Source: an uncultured Elusimicrobia bacterium | GTDB lineage: Bacteria > Elusimicrobiota > Elusimicrobia > UBA1565 > UBA9628 | DNA: 64,000 bases | Reading direction: 5' to 3' | NCBI GenBank assembly: GCA_965283875.1 | Contig: CBDIQC010000001.1 | Coordinates: forward strand, 106,085 to 170,084 | Shown: positions 40,590-49,427 of the stretch, one piece after another | How the letters are laid out: each line of letters opens with the position of its first letter | Position numbering within the stretch: the stretch's first letter is position 1 | Notes under the pieces: generated by a model | The model's database searches: none | What the model was told of the DNA's origin: nothing | What the model saw: the letters and a program-made list of their open reading frames with translations, nothing else | Position numbers and translations under genes: made by a program

Positions 40590-40712
40590 CTCGCTCAAAA
40601 TATACCAAGCCGCGAGCCGTCGCGAAACGCTGACGATAACGCGACGCGGCGTCCATGGAAAATCGCCCCGGCGCGGCGTATCGTACCCCCATAGCCGCGC
40701 GGGAGGTCCACC

Positions 40713-41072
40713 ATGAGCGAACACGACGAGGGTGAAGCGACGTTGGCCGAGAGCCATATCAGCCGTCCGGGCAAGGCGCGGGCGTCGCAAAGCCGCGCGG
40801 CGGTCCTGGTGGAGTTCCCCGCCGAGGGCGAGGAACTGACCGGAAAGTCCTACACGTTCCGCGTCGCGACGACGCCCGGCGCCAAGGCGGTGGAGCTCGC
40901 GCTCGACAAGGGCGATTGGCGCCCGTGCCGCGAGGCGGTGGGGTTCTGGTGGTACGATTGGAGCGGTTTCCAAGACGGCGAACACGAGGCGGCGGCCCGC
41001 ACCCACGTGGGCGACGCCATCTCGGTCAACTCGGCCGCGCGCCGGTTCACGGTGCGCCGGCGGCACGCATGA
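40713..41072 (+). CDS. hypothetical protein (Ig/E-set-like by pattern)
   Basis: 119 aa with GGGAGG 6 nt upstream. ..GKSYTFRVATTPGAKAVELALDKGDWRPC..GFWWYDW... No family confirmed. Confidence 0.45.
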   Translation: MSEHDEGEATLAESHISRPGKARASQSRAAVLVEFPAEGEELTGKSYTFRVATTPGAKAVELALDKGDWRPCREAVGFWWYDWSGFQDGEHEAAARTHVGDAISVNSAARRFTVRRRHA

Positions 41073-41250
41073 ACGCGCGCGCGCTTATCGCCGCCGCTTG
41101 CCTGGCCCTGCGCGACGTGGAACATCAGGTTGTCGCCGGCGCCGGACCTCGACGGTCAGCGCCGGGCCGCACACCTTCACGGTCCACCTGGCGGCCAACG
41201 ACCACACGCCCATCGGAGAGCCGCAGGCGGTGAGCGTCACCGTCCCCTAA
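41070..41250 (+). CDS. possible small lipoprotein, 2 frame breaks
   Basis: ATGA-coupled start MNARALIAAAC. The tail ..GPHTFTVHLAANDHTPIGEPQAVSVTVP ends at TAA 41248-41250 in another frame. Weak call. Confidence 0.25.
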
Positions 41251-41310
41251 CGCGCGAGCTCGGCGCCTTGATAATGGTTTTATAACGCCCTTACGCGGTG
41301 CCTTCGGTTT

Positions 41311-43263
41311 ATGATCGACCGATTGAAGCAGCTCCTGCTGGGCAAGCCGCGCGACATCCGCGACCCCGACGTCTTCCACAAGATTTCTTTGGCCGCCTTC
41401 CTGGCCTGGGTGGGCCTGGGAGCCGACGGCCTCTCCTCGTCGGCGTACGGGCCCGACGAAGCCTTCCGCGCCCTCGGAACCCACACCCATCTGGCGTTGC
41501 TGCTCGTCGTGATGACGGCGGTCACCATCTTCGTCATCTCCATCGCGTATTCGAACCTCATCGAGCATTTCCCCGGCGGCGGCGGCGGCTACCTGGTCGC
41601 GACCAAGCTCCTCGGGGAGAAAGCCGGCGTGGTGTCGGGCTGCGCGTTGCTCGTGGACTACGTGCTCACCATTTCCGTCTCCATCGCGGCGGCCTCCGAC
41701 GCCCTCTACTCCTTCCTGCCGCCTCATTGGGCCTCGACGAAGCTGGTCGCGGCGGGGGCGGCGCTGCTGCTCCTGCTGATCCTCAACCTGCGCGGCGTGC
41801 GCGAGTCGGTGACCCTCCTCGTGCCCATCTTCCTCGTCTTCGTCGTCAGCCACGCCTTCATGATTCTCTACGCCGTCGGCAGCCATCTGCCGCAGATTCC
41901 GCAGGTGTTCCACGGCGCGACGTTGGAGTTCCGCTCGTCAGTCGCCTCTCTCGGATTCGCGCCGGTTGCCTTCATCCTGCTGCGCGCTTATTCGATGGGA
42001 GGCGGCACTTATACCGGCATCGAGGCCGTCTCGAACGGGGTCGGCATGCTTCGTGAACCGCGCGTCCAGACCGGCAAACGCACCATGTTCCTGATGGCGA
42101 CCTCCCTCGCGTTCACGGCCGGCGGCATTCTGCTCGGCTACCTGTTGGTCAACGCCGTGCCCGCCGAGGGCAAAACCATGAACGCCGTGCTGCTCGAGAG
42201 CCTTTACGGCGGCTGGGGCCCGTTCGGACGCGCCCTGGTCGTGCTCACCTTGTTCTCGGAGGCCGCTTTGCTCATCGTCGCCGCCCAGGCAGGCTTCCTC
42301 GATGGCCCCCGCGTGTTGTCCAACATGGCCGTGGACTCCTGGGTGCCGCACAGCTTCTCGCGGCTCTCGGACCGGCTGGTCACGCAGAACGGCGTCTTCC
42401 TGATGGGCGCGGCCGCGTTGGCCACGCTCATCTACACGAAGGGGCATATCACGACCTTGGTCGTCATGTATTCGATCAACGTCTTCCTGACCTTCTCGTT
42501 GACCGAGCTGGGCATGGCGCGCCATTGGATCATCCATCGCGACGCGGAGCCGCGCTGGAAAAGCCAGCTCGCCATCCACGGCACGGGCCTGGTGATGTGC
42601 GTCTGCATCCTCGCCGTCACGCTATATGAGAAGTTCCTCGAAGGCGGCTGGGTCACGGCCGTCATCACGAGCCTGACCATCGCCGTCTGCTTCTGGGTCC
42701 GGCGCCATTACCGCGCGGTGGGCGAGAGCATGCGCGGCCTGGAGAAACTCGTCGAGGCGACGCCGCTTTCCGCTGAGCGCGGCGGGCCGTCCGCGCTCGA
42801 CCGCAAGGCGCCCACCGCCGTGTTGACCGTGTCGAGCTTCTCCGGCTACGGCCTGCACCACATCCTGGCCATCCAGCGCCTGCTGCCCGGCTACTTCAAG
42901 AACTTCGTGTTCGTGTCCGTGGGCATCGTGGATTCCGGCAACTTCAAGGGCAGCGACGCCGTCGGCCAGCTCGAGGCGGAGAAACGCGAACACCTGGACA
43001 AATACGTCGCCTGGGCGCGGCAGAACGGCCTCGAAGCGGACTCGCGCCTGGCCATCGGCACGGAGACCATCGAGACGTTGGAGCGGACCCTCATCGAGCT
43101 GTCGCGCGAATTCCCGCGCATGATCGTGTTCACCGGCAAGCTCATCTTCAAGGAGCAGCGCTGGTACCAGCCCATCCTCCACGCCGAGACCGCCGACGCC
43201 ATCCAGCGACGCCTCCAGTTCAACGGCGTCCAGGTCATCGTGCTGCCCGTGCGCGTTCAATAA
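41311..43263 (+). CDS. APC-superfamily transporter resembling the KimA (YdaO) K+/H+ symporter, with a C-terminal cytoplasmic domain
   Basis: 650 aa. KQLLLGKPR, GADGLSSSAYGPDEAF, GGGGYLVATKLLGEKAGVVSGCALLVDYVLTISVSIAA, ILNLRGVRES, GGTYTGIEAVSNG and RHYRAVGE match my recollection of KimA motifs. Confidence 0.8.
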   Translation: MIDRLKQLLLGKPRDIRDPDVFHKISLAAFLAWVGLGADGLSSSAYGPDEAFRALGTHTHLALLLVVMTAVTIFVISIAYSNLIEHFPGGGGGYLVATKLLGEKAGVVSGCALLVDYVLTISVSIAAASDALYSFLPPHWASTKLVAAGAALLLLLILNLRGVRESVTLLVPIFLVFVVSHAFMILYAVGSHLPQIPQVFHGATLEFRSSVASLGFAPVAFILLRAYSMGGGTYTGIEAVSNGVGMLREPRVQTGKRTMFLMATSLAFTAGGILLGYLLVNAVPAEGKTMNAVLLESLYGGWGPFGRALVVLTLFSEAALLIVAAQAGFLDGPRVLSNMAVDSWVPHSFSRLSDRLVTQNGVFLMGAAALATLIYTKGHITTLVVMYSINVFLTFSLTELGMARHWIIHRDAEPRWKSQLAIHGTGLVMCVCILAVTLYEKFLEGGWVTAVITSLTIAVCFWVRRHYRAVGESMRGLEKLVEATPLSAERGGPSALDRKAPTAVLTVSSFSGYGLHHILAIQRLLPGYFKNFVFVSVGIVDSGNFKGSDAVGQLEAEKREHLDKYVAWARQNGLEADSRLAIGTETIETLERTLIELSREFPRMIVFTGKLIFKEQRWYQPILHAETADAIQRRLQFNGVQVIVLPVRVQ

Positions 43264-43535
43264 CGCCGCGATAAGGCGCCGGCAATGGTTTCATAACGGC
43301 TATAGCGGCTACCGTATAGGCATGATACTACTGTGCCTCGAACCTAACGACGACCGCGTCGTCCTGCGCGCCGCGGCCGATAAGCTCGCGAAGGAACTCG
43401 ATGTCGCCGTCAGCGTCGTCTCGGTCCGCGCTGATGGCGACGCCGGCGTCGCCTCTCCCGGTGACTGGACGCTTCGAACGGACGCGCCGGCCCTCCCGCT
43501 GCTGAATTTCGCGCGCCTCAACCGGCGCGCGCGCC

Positions 43536-45011
43536 GTGCTGCTGGGGCCTCGGGCATGGGAGCGGTGGGGGAAGTCGCTGCGCGGCGTCATCGCGCTTCT
43601 CGGCCTCCTCTTCTCGATCGCGCCGGCGGTACGCGCGCAGGACGCCGACCTGCGCCGCCAGGTGGAAGAGCTGCAGAAGCGCCTAGGCGAGCTCGAGAAC
43701 AGCGGAAAGCCGCCGATGAGCCGCGAGCGGGTGAAGGTCCCGCAGAGCCGCGCGGAGCCGTTCGCGTTCGCCGACTTCACCTGGGTCAACGGCAACAGCC
43801 GCGTCACGAATCCGCTCATCAACAACGAGTATTTCACGAGCCAGTTCATGGCCGACGTGAACTACACCTACAGCTTCAACAACCCAAAGGACCACTCGTT
43901 AATCGGCGCCTGCGAGGTAGGCCGCACCAACGAAATCCAGCTCCAGCAGCTGGGCGTCGGCGGCGACCTGCACTTCGGCAACGTGCGGGGCCGCGTCATG
44001 ACGCAATTCGGCATGTATTCGCAGATGACGGCCCGCAACGACTCCAGCCCGCAGCGCGGACAGTGGCGCACCGACGACGCCTACCGCTACCTCTCCGAGG
44101 CCTACGGGGGGTATCACTGGGACAAGATGCACGGCATCAATCTCGATGCCGGCGTCTTCATGTCCTATGTCGGGCTCTTCAGCTACTATCAGAACGAGAA
44201 CTGGGCCTACACGCCGTCCTACGTCTCCGCGAACACTCCGTGGTTCTTCAACGGCCTGCGCGCGCAATTCTTCCCGACCCAGACGCTCAAAATCGAACCG
44301 TGGTTCGTCAACGGCTTCCAGACCTACAACAAACAGAACGAGGACCCGGGCTTCGGCCTACAGGTGCTCTGGCGGCCGACGGGCGACTGGCAGGTGCTGA
44401 CCAACAACTACTATGGGCACGACACGCCGGGGCAGCCTCGGCGCCAGCGCCTGCACACCGACAATAGCGTCCTTCATAAGTACCTCGACCGCCCCAACGC
44501 CGCGGGCCTGAGCAAAGCCGCGTTCTCCGTGACGGTGGACGCCGGTTGCGAGGAGGGCGGCGGCGTGAGCTGCTTCGGCAAGGATAACCGGCCTCAGCAG
44601 TCGTTCATCGGCTGGATGCTCTACAACCGGCTTTGGTTCGCCAAGAACAAATACGGCCTGACCTTGGGCGGGGGGCAAATCAACAACCCCGGCCGTTATC
44701 TCGTGCTCCTGCCGCCCATCAACGGCGCGACCGCGTTTTCCGGGACCTCCGGCCACTTCACCCAGAACCCCGGCGACAAATTCAAAGCGTGGGATGCGTC
44801 CATCACCGCCGACTACATGCCCAGCCAATACGTCACGTGGCGCGCGGAATATAACCACCGGGAGGCGGACGTCAACTACTTCGCCGGCCCCGGAGGCATC
44901 ACGCCCGCCGGCGGCAACCAAGGCGCGCCGGGCTCGGCCGTGGCGGGGTTCACGCCCGACCTGCGCAACACCGAGAACCGGGTGACGCTCGCCCTGCTCA
45001 TACGGCTATGA
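43536..45011 (+). CDS. outer-membrane beta-barrel porin with an N-terminal coiled coil
   Basis: GTG start, signal ..GVIALLGLLFSIAPAVRAQD, then coil DLRRQVEELQKRLGELE. Alternating aromatic beta-strand pattern to the C-terminal ..RVTLALLIRL. Confidence 0.7.
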   Translation: MLLGPRAWERWGKSLRGVIALLGLLFSIAPAVRAQDADLRRQVEELQKRLGELENSGKPPMSRERVKVPQSRAEPFAFADFTWVNGNSRVTNPLINNEYFTSQFMADVNYTYSFNNPKDHSLIGACEVGRTNEIQLQQLGVGGDLHFGNVRGRVMTQFGMYSQMTARNDSSPQRGQWRTDDAYRYLSEAYGGYHWDKMHGINLDAGVFMSYVGLFSYYQNENWAYTPSYVSANTPWFFNGLRAQFFPTQTLKIEPWFVNGFQTYNKQNEDPGFGLQVLWRPTGDWQVLTNNYYGHDTPGQPRRQRLHTDNSVLHKYLDRPNAAGLSKAAFSVTVDAGCEEGGGVSCFGKDNRPQQSFIGWMLYNRLWFAKNKYGLTLGGGQINNPGRYLVLLPPINGATAFSGTSGHFTQNPGDKFKAWDASITADYMPSQYVTWRAEYNHREADVNYFAGPGGITPAGGNQGAPGSAVAGFTPDLRNTENRVTLALLIRL

Positions 45012-45052
45012 GCGCCGCCCGGGGGCGCCGGGGCTTAAAGGTAGAATAGCGC

Positions 45053-46060
45053 ATGGCAATCCAGGAATACGGCCTGGCCGCCGCCGCCGTCGCCGCCTGC
45101 ACGGCGGCCGGCCTCGCGCTGCTCCCGTGGCTGACGTTGACCGACGTCGCCATGATTTTCCTGCTCGGCTCGCTGGTCGTGGCGCTCAAAGGCCGGCGCG
45201 GCCCGGCCCTGTTCAGCGCCGTGCTCGCCGTGCTCGCGTTCGATTACTTCTTCGTGCCGCCGCGTTTCACTTTCCACGTGGAGCACCCCCAATACGTCGT
45301 CACCTTCGCCGTGATGTTCGCCGCGACCTTGCTCATCGCGCATTTGGCCGTGCGCGTCCGCGCCCAGGCCGAGGCCGCCAAACGCGCCGAGGTCGTCGCG
45401 GAGACCGAAAAGCTGCGCAGCTCGCTGCTGAGCGCGGTCTCCCACGAGCTGCGTACGCCGCTGACGGCCATCATCGGCTCGGCGAGCGCGCTGATCCAGA
45501 ACCCGAAGGCCGGGGGCGGCCTGCTCGAGAACATCCGGGACGAGGCCGAGCGCCTGACGCGCCTCGTGCACAACCTCATCGAGACGACGCGGCTGGAGTC
45601 GGGCGCGGCCCTCAAAATGGAGCCCTATCCCATCGAGGACGTCATCGGCACCGCGCTGGAACGCTGCGCCAAGACGCTCGACGGCCGCCGCGTGGAAGCC
45701 GACATCCCCGAGAACCTGCCCCTCGTCCCGTTGGACCCCGTGCTGATGGAGCTCGTGTTCGTGAACCTCTTCGAGAACGCCGCCCGGCACGCGCCGAAAG
45801 CCTCGCTCGAGATTGCGGCGCGAGAGCGCATGGACGCGCTCGAAATCTCCGTGGCCGACGACGGCCCCGGGCTCAACGCCGAGGACTTAGAACGCGTCTT
45901 CGAGAAGTTCTACCGTGCCGGCTCCGCGCCCGGCGGAGCGGGCCTCGGCCTAGCCATCTGCAAGGCCGTCGTCGAGGCGCACGGTGGAACGATTCGCGCT
46001 GAGAACCGCCCCGGCGGCGGCGCCGCCTTCCGTCTGACCTTGCCGCGGGGGGCGCGATGA
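45053..46060 (+). CDS. KdpD-like sensor kinase lacking the KdpD-N and Usp domains (DUF4118 TM + HisKA + HATPase)
   Basis: 335 aa with TM block ..LTDVAMIFLLGSLVVAL..VLAFDYFFVPPRFTF.., H-box SHELRTPLTAIIGSASAL and GAGLGLAICKAVVEAHGG. TAGAAT lies 5 nt before the ATG. Confidence 0.85.
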   Translation: MAIQEYGLAAAAVAACTAAGLALLPWLTLTDVAMIFLLGSLVVALKGRRGPALFSAVLAVLAFDYFFVPPRFTFHVEHPQYVVTFAVMFAATLLIAHLAVRVRAQAEAAKRAEVVAETEKLRSSLLSAVSHELRTPLTAIIGSASALIQNPKAGGGLLENIRDEAERLTRLVHNLIETTRLESGAALKMEPYPIEDVIGTALERCAKTLDGRRVEADIPENLPLVPLDPVLMELVFVNLFENAARHAPKASLEIAARERMDALEISVADDGPGLNAEDLERVFEKFYRAGSAPGGAGLGLAICKAVVEAHGGTIRAENRPGGGAAFRLTLPRGAR

Positions 46061-46743
46061 CCTCCGCCCTCGTGGTCGATGACGAAAGGGCCATCCAGCG
46101 CTTCCTGCGGCCCGCGCTGGAGGAGCACGGCTTTTCCGTCATCGAAGCCTCCAACGGCAGGTCCGCTCTCGAGCTCGCCGCGTCGAAGAAGCCGGACGTC
46201 ATCCTCCTGGACCTGAGCCTGCCGGACATGGACGGCCTCGACGTCCTTAAGCGCCTGCGCGAGTGGAGCACGGCGCCCGTCATCGTCGTGTCCGCGCGCG
46301 GCGAGGAATCCGACAAGATCGCCGGACTCGACCAGGGCGCCGACGATTACCTCATCAAGCCGTTCGGCGTGGAGGAGCTGCTGGCCCGCATCCGCGTCGC
46401 GCTGCGCCATCTCGAGCGCGCCGCGCGCGACCCCGAGCCGATTTACGAGCACGGCGACCTGAAAATCGACCTGACGCTGCGCCGGGTCTGGCTGGCGAAG
46501 AAAGAGGTCCGCGTCTCGCCGCTCCAATACGCCTTGCTCGCCGCCTTGGTCCGCGACGCGGGCCGCGTCGTCCCTCAAAAGCAGCTGCTCAAGGAGTTAT
46601 GGCCGGAGGGGGGAAACACGCCGGAAGCCCTGCGCATCCTCGTCCATCAGACCCGGCACCGCATCGAGAAGGAACCCGTCCGGCCGCGGCACCTCAAAAC
46701 CGAGCCCGCCGTCGGCTACCGCCTGGAAGCCCCGGACGACTAA
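46057..46743 (+). CDS. KdpE-like OmpR-family response regulator
   Basis: 228 aa with ALVVDDE..LLDLSLPDMDG..KPF and a winged helix. ATGA overlap with the kinase stop. Confidence 0.88.
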   Translation: MTSALVVDDERAIQRFLRPALEEHGFSVIEASNGRSALELAASKKPDVILLDLSLPDMDGLDVLKRLREWSTAPVIVVSARGEESDKIAGLDQGADDYLIKPFGVEELLARIRVALRHLERAARDPEPIYEHGDLKIDLTLRRVWLAKKEVRVSPLQYALLAALVRDAGRVVPQKQLLKELWPEGGNTPEALRILVHQTRHRIEKEPVRPRHLKTEPAVGYRLEAPDD

Positions 46744-46902
46744 CGATTCGAGTTGCTTCGCCGCGCGAGAAGCACCCCGGCCACGAACGAAAGCGCCATC
46801 AGGCCCAACGAGGCGCCGACAGCGCGCAGGCGAGAGCGAGGGCGATTTTCATGTCGGTCTTATAGCACGGTTTCGCTCGAGCCCCTCATGAAACTTACGC
46901 GC

Positions 46903-47574
46903 TTACTGCCGCTCGGCGCGGGGCGCGGTCAGCCCCTCGATGATGAGCTGCGCCTGAATCGATCGAAGCGGGGTGCGCGGATCCGAAGAATCATCGAGGT
47001 GTTTCCCGGGGCACAGCGTGTATTTAAACTGGTTATGCCCCTGGATGCTTTTCGGCGAGATGCCGTGGACGGCGATGAGCCAGCGCAGCAACGTCTTCAT
47101 GCTGGCGACCTGCTCGATAGGCGGCCGCTGGCGCGAGAAGTCCCCGAGGAGCACGACGCCGATGCTGCCGCGGTTGTTGCCTTCCGTGTGAGCGCCGAGC
47201 CGGTCGACCGGACGGCCCTGGAATATCCGTCCTTTCCAGTCGATCATGTAGTGGTACCCGACGTCGCTCCAGCCGCGGACGCGTTTGTGCAGGTCCTGCG
47301 CCTTGTGGACGTGGGCGACGGCGGCGTTCCAGCTCGCTTTATTGGTCGCGATCGCCTTGACGGCGTCGGTCACGACGTACGCCGTGTGATGGACGACGAT
47401 GCGGTTCTTGACCGCGTCGAGCGGAATCCGCGCCGCGTTTTCCGCGCGCCACTGCGTGCGCGAGTGGATGAACGGCTTCAGCGCGCTCTTCGGAGGGATG
47501 CCGGCCGACGGCCGCGGGCACGCGAGCGCGAGAAGACCCAGCAACGCCGCGCCTCGTCGCGCACGACTTTTCAT
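46903..47574 (-). CDS. N-acetylmuramoyl-L-alanine amidase (Amidase_2/PGRP fold)
   Basis: 223 aa with a signal peptide and IVVHHTA, GWSDVGYHYMID and GAHTEGNN. The start is 9 nt after the tRNA-His 3' end. Confidence 0.8.
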   Translation of the reverse strand: MKSRARRGAALLGLLALACPRPSAGIPPKSALKPFIHSRTQWRAENAARIPLDAVKNRIVVHHTAYVVTDAVKAIATNKASWNAAVAHVHKAQDLHKRVRGWSDVGYHYMIDWKGRIFQGRPVDRLGAHTEGNNRGSIGVVLLGDFSRQRPPIEQVASMKTLLRWLIAVHGISPKSIQGHNQFKYTLCPGKHLDDSSDPRTPLRSIQAQLIIEGLTAPRAERQ

Positions 47575-47583
47575 GACGGAAAG

Positions 47584-47661
47584 TGGGGTGACCGAGGGGA
47601 CTTGAACCCCCGACCTCCGCGTTCACAGCGCGGCGCTCTAACCAGCTGAGCTACGGCCACC
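47584..47661 (-). tRNA. tRNA-His (GTG)
   Basis: Cloverleaf folded by hand: G-1 + GTGGCCG acceptor / CGGTCAC, D arm GCTC-AGCTGGTTA-GAGC, anticodon arm CCGCG-CTGTGAA-CGCGG, T arm GGGGG-TTCAAGT-CCCCT, discriminator C and an encoded CCA. Confidence 0.93.
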
Positions 47662-47670
47662 GAATGGTTG

Positions 47671-47679
47671 ATTATACCA
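47671..47679 (-). promoter_or_regulatory. extended -10 (TGGTATAAT) for tRNA-His
   Basis: Minus-strand TGGTATAAT ends 9 nt upstream of tRNA position -1. Confidence 0.5.
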
Positions 47680-47788
47680 CGCTTGACGCCCCGGTGGACC
47701 CCCGGGCCCCGTTCGGGCTGTTCCGTTGCGCCGTCACCGGTGGACGCGTGTGAGCGGTCCCATCTCGTACCTAAGGAGCGGGAACCGT

Positions 47789-48034
47789 ATGGACTTCAAA
47801 AAAGACGTCATGGCCGTGCCGCAGAAGAAGACCCCGGTCTGGCCGTATATGCTCGCCGGGATAGCCTTCGGGTCGGCGCTGGGCGTGTTGCTGGCGCCGG
47901 AATCCGGGGAGCAGACGCGCGAGAAGATCGGCCGGTGGATAAAGGACCGGCGTGAAGGCCGCAAAACCGGCTTTTTCGCCCGTTCGCATCGCAAGCACCA
48001 GCCCATGCGCGAGGAGCAGCTGGCCGAAGTGTAG
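47789..48034 (+). CDS. YtxH-domain protein
   Basis: 81 aa with AAGGAG upstream, a TM helix, then the LLAPESGEQTREKI motif typical of YtxH. Confidence 0.7.
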   Translation: MDFKKDVMAVPQKKTPVWPYMLAGIAFGSALGVLLAPESGEQTREKIGRWIKDRREGRKTGFFARSHRKHQPMREEQLAEV

Positions 48035-48187
48035 GGCTTAGGGAGGTTGACGACCTTCGGGCGGGGGAGGAGACGGCCCCCGCCCGGACGCCCGGGGGGC
48101 CGATTCGCCTATATAGGTCCAAGGGCCTACTCGAAAAGGGGCCCCCCGACCCTGTAGCCGCCGGTCGCAGACGTCTATACTGGAGGC

Positions 48188-49411
48188 ATGAAGGAAAACC
48201 TGCTCCAGACGATGAAGACCGCCCTGGCCCTCGCCGTGGTCGCTCTTCTGTCCGCCTCTCCGGCGGATGCCGCCAAGAAGGCCGTCAAAATGGACGCCGA
48301 GGCCTCCCGCCAGATGTCGCTGGGCCTGGGCAATCTGGAGCGCGGCGAATACAGCGCCGCCATCTCCGCCCTCAACAAGGCCGTCCGCCGCCAGGGCTCG
48401 GTTTCCACCTATTTCCTGCTGGGCTGGTCGCATTACCAGCGCGGCTTCAAGGCCGGCTCCGTGGAGGGCGCCGATAAAGACGACGCCCAGTCCGCCATCG
48501 ACGCCTACCAGATGGCGCTCAGCCTGGACCCCAAGCTCAAGGAGCTGCCCGACGCCTCCCGCCTGCACTTCAGCCTGGCGATGTGTTACGAGGCCGTGGA
48601 GAACCACGACGCGGCGCTCGAGTCCTACAAACACGCCTTCCGCGCCGCCCCCAACAAGGCGCTCATCCCGCTGCACGCCGCCCGCCTGCGCTTCAAGATG
48701 AAGGACAGCGAGAAGGCGATGCACAACCTGGAGATCGCCCACAAGAAGGCCGCCAAATACGGCCAGGTCGCCGCCCTCCAGGCCGCCGCCAAGAAGGACC
48801 CCTCCTTCCGCGTCATGCTCGCCTCGCCCATGCATCGCCGCGCGCTGGGCGTGACCGCCGACGAGGACATGATGGTCGCGTCCAACGACATCGCCTCCGG
48901 CGAGATGCGCGACGCCCTGCGCGACGCCCCGGCCAAAGCCGCCCCGGCCCAGGACCCCGAGGTCCTCGACAAGGTCGCCCAGGGCAACCTGGAGTACAAG
49001 TTCCGCCGCTTCGGCGCCGCCATCGCCGCCTACCAGGACGCCATCGCGCTCGACCAGGAGCGCCAGACGCTCGGCGTGCCCCAGCAGGCCCAGATCTGGG
49101 AGAAGATCGGCACCTCCTATAATAAGCTCGGCCAGTCCGACATGGCCCTGGCCTCGCTGCGCAAGGCGCTGCAGGTCAACCCGCTCAACCCGGCCGCCCA
49201 CTACCAGAGCGCCTTGGCGCTCGCGGTGTCGGGCAAGACCTCCTCGGCGCTCGGCGCCCTCAAGGAGACCTTCAACGCCGCGACCAATCCTTCCGACCTG
49301 CGCCGCTTCGTGCTGATGTCGAAGACCGACGTCGAGCTGGAAGCCGTCCGCGACCTGCCGGAGTTCCGCTCGACGGTTTCTTCGTACGCCGACCGAATCG
49401 CGCTGCGCTGA
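48188..49411 (+). CDS. secreted TPR-repeat protein
   Basis: 407 aa with signal ..MKTALALAVVALLSASPADA and several TPR units (..EYSAAISALNKAV.., ..FGAAIAAYQDAIALD.., ..MALASLRKALQVNP..). Confidence 0.8.
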   Translation: MKENLLQTMKTALALAVVALLSASPADAAKKAVKMDAEASRQMSLGLGNLERGEYSAAISALNKAVRRQGSVSTYFLLGWSHYQRGFKAGSVEGADKDDAQSAIDAYQMALSLDPKLKELPDASRLHFSLAMCYEAVENHDAALESYKHAFRAAPNKALIPLHAARLRFKMKDSEKAMHNLEIAHKKAAKYGQVAALQAAAKKDPSFRVMLASPMHRRALGVTADEDMMVASNDIASGEMRDALRDAPAKAAPAQDPEVLDKVAQGNLEYKFRRFGAAIAAYQDAIALDQERQTLGVPQQAQIWEKIGTSYNKLGQSDMALASLRKALQVNPLNPAAHYQSALALAVSGKTSSALGALKETFNAATNPSDLRRFVLMSKTDVELEAVRDLPEFRSTVSSYADRIALR

Positions 49412-49427
49412 TTCGGGGGAGAGCCCC

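Noticed and set aside
41070-41310. Possible c-di-AMP (ydaO-type) riboswitch upstream of the KimA-like gene.
   Set aside because: None of the conserved ydaO motifs I remember (e.g. GGGGACCCA, CAGCTAACC) is present. The region reads better as a frame-broken small ORF plus a 60-nt spacer.
43322-43535. Usp-like 70-codon ORF upstream of the porin.
   Set aside because: The similarity is short and remembered only by pattern. The frame runs on into the porin gene without a stop, so it is at best a remnant. I mention it under the Kdp finding but do not call it as a gene.
46790-46856. Tiny hydrophobic minus-strand ORF (MKIALALACALSA.., extendable with a frameshift to ..GLMALSFVAGVLLARRSNSNR), considered as a KdpF-like peptide.
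   Set aside because: It has no SD or -10 in the expected place, needs an assumed frameshift, is on the wrong strand relative to the Kdp-like genes, and is too short to evaluate.
46744-47720. tRNA-His as a possible integration site of a genomic island or prophage.
   Set aside because: No integrase or recombinase is present, no direct repeat of the tRNA 3' end was seen nearby, and the flanking genes are ordinary chromosomal genes of the same composition.
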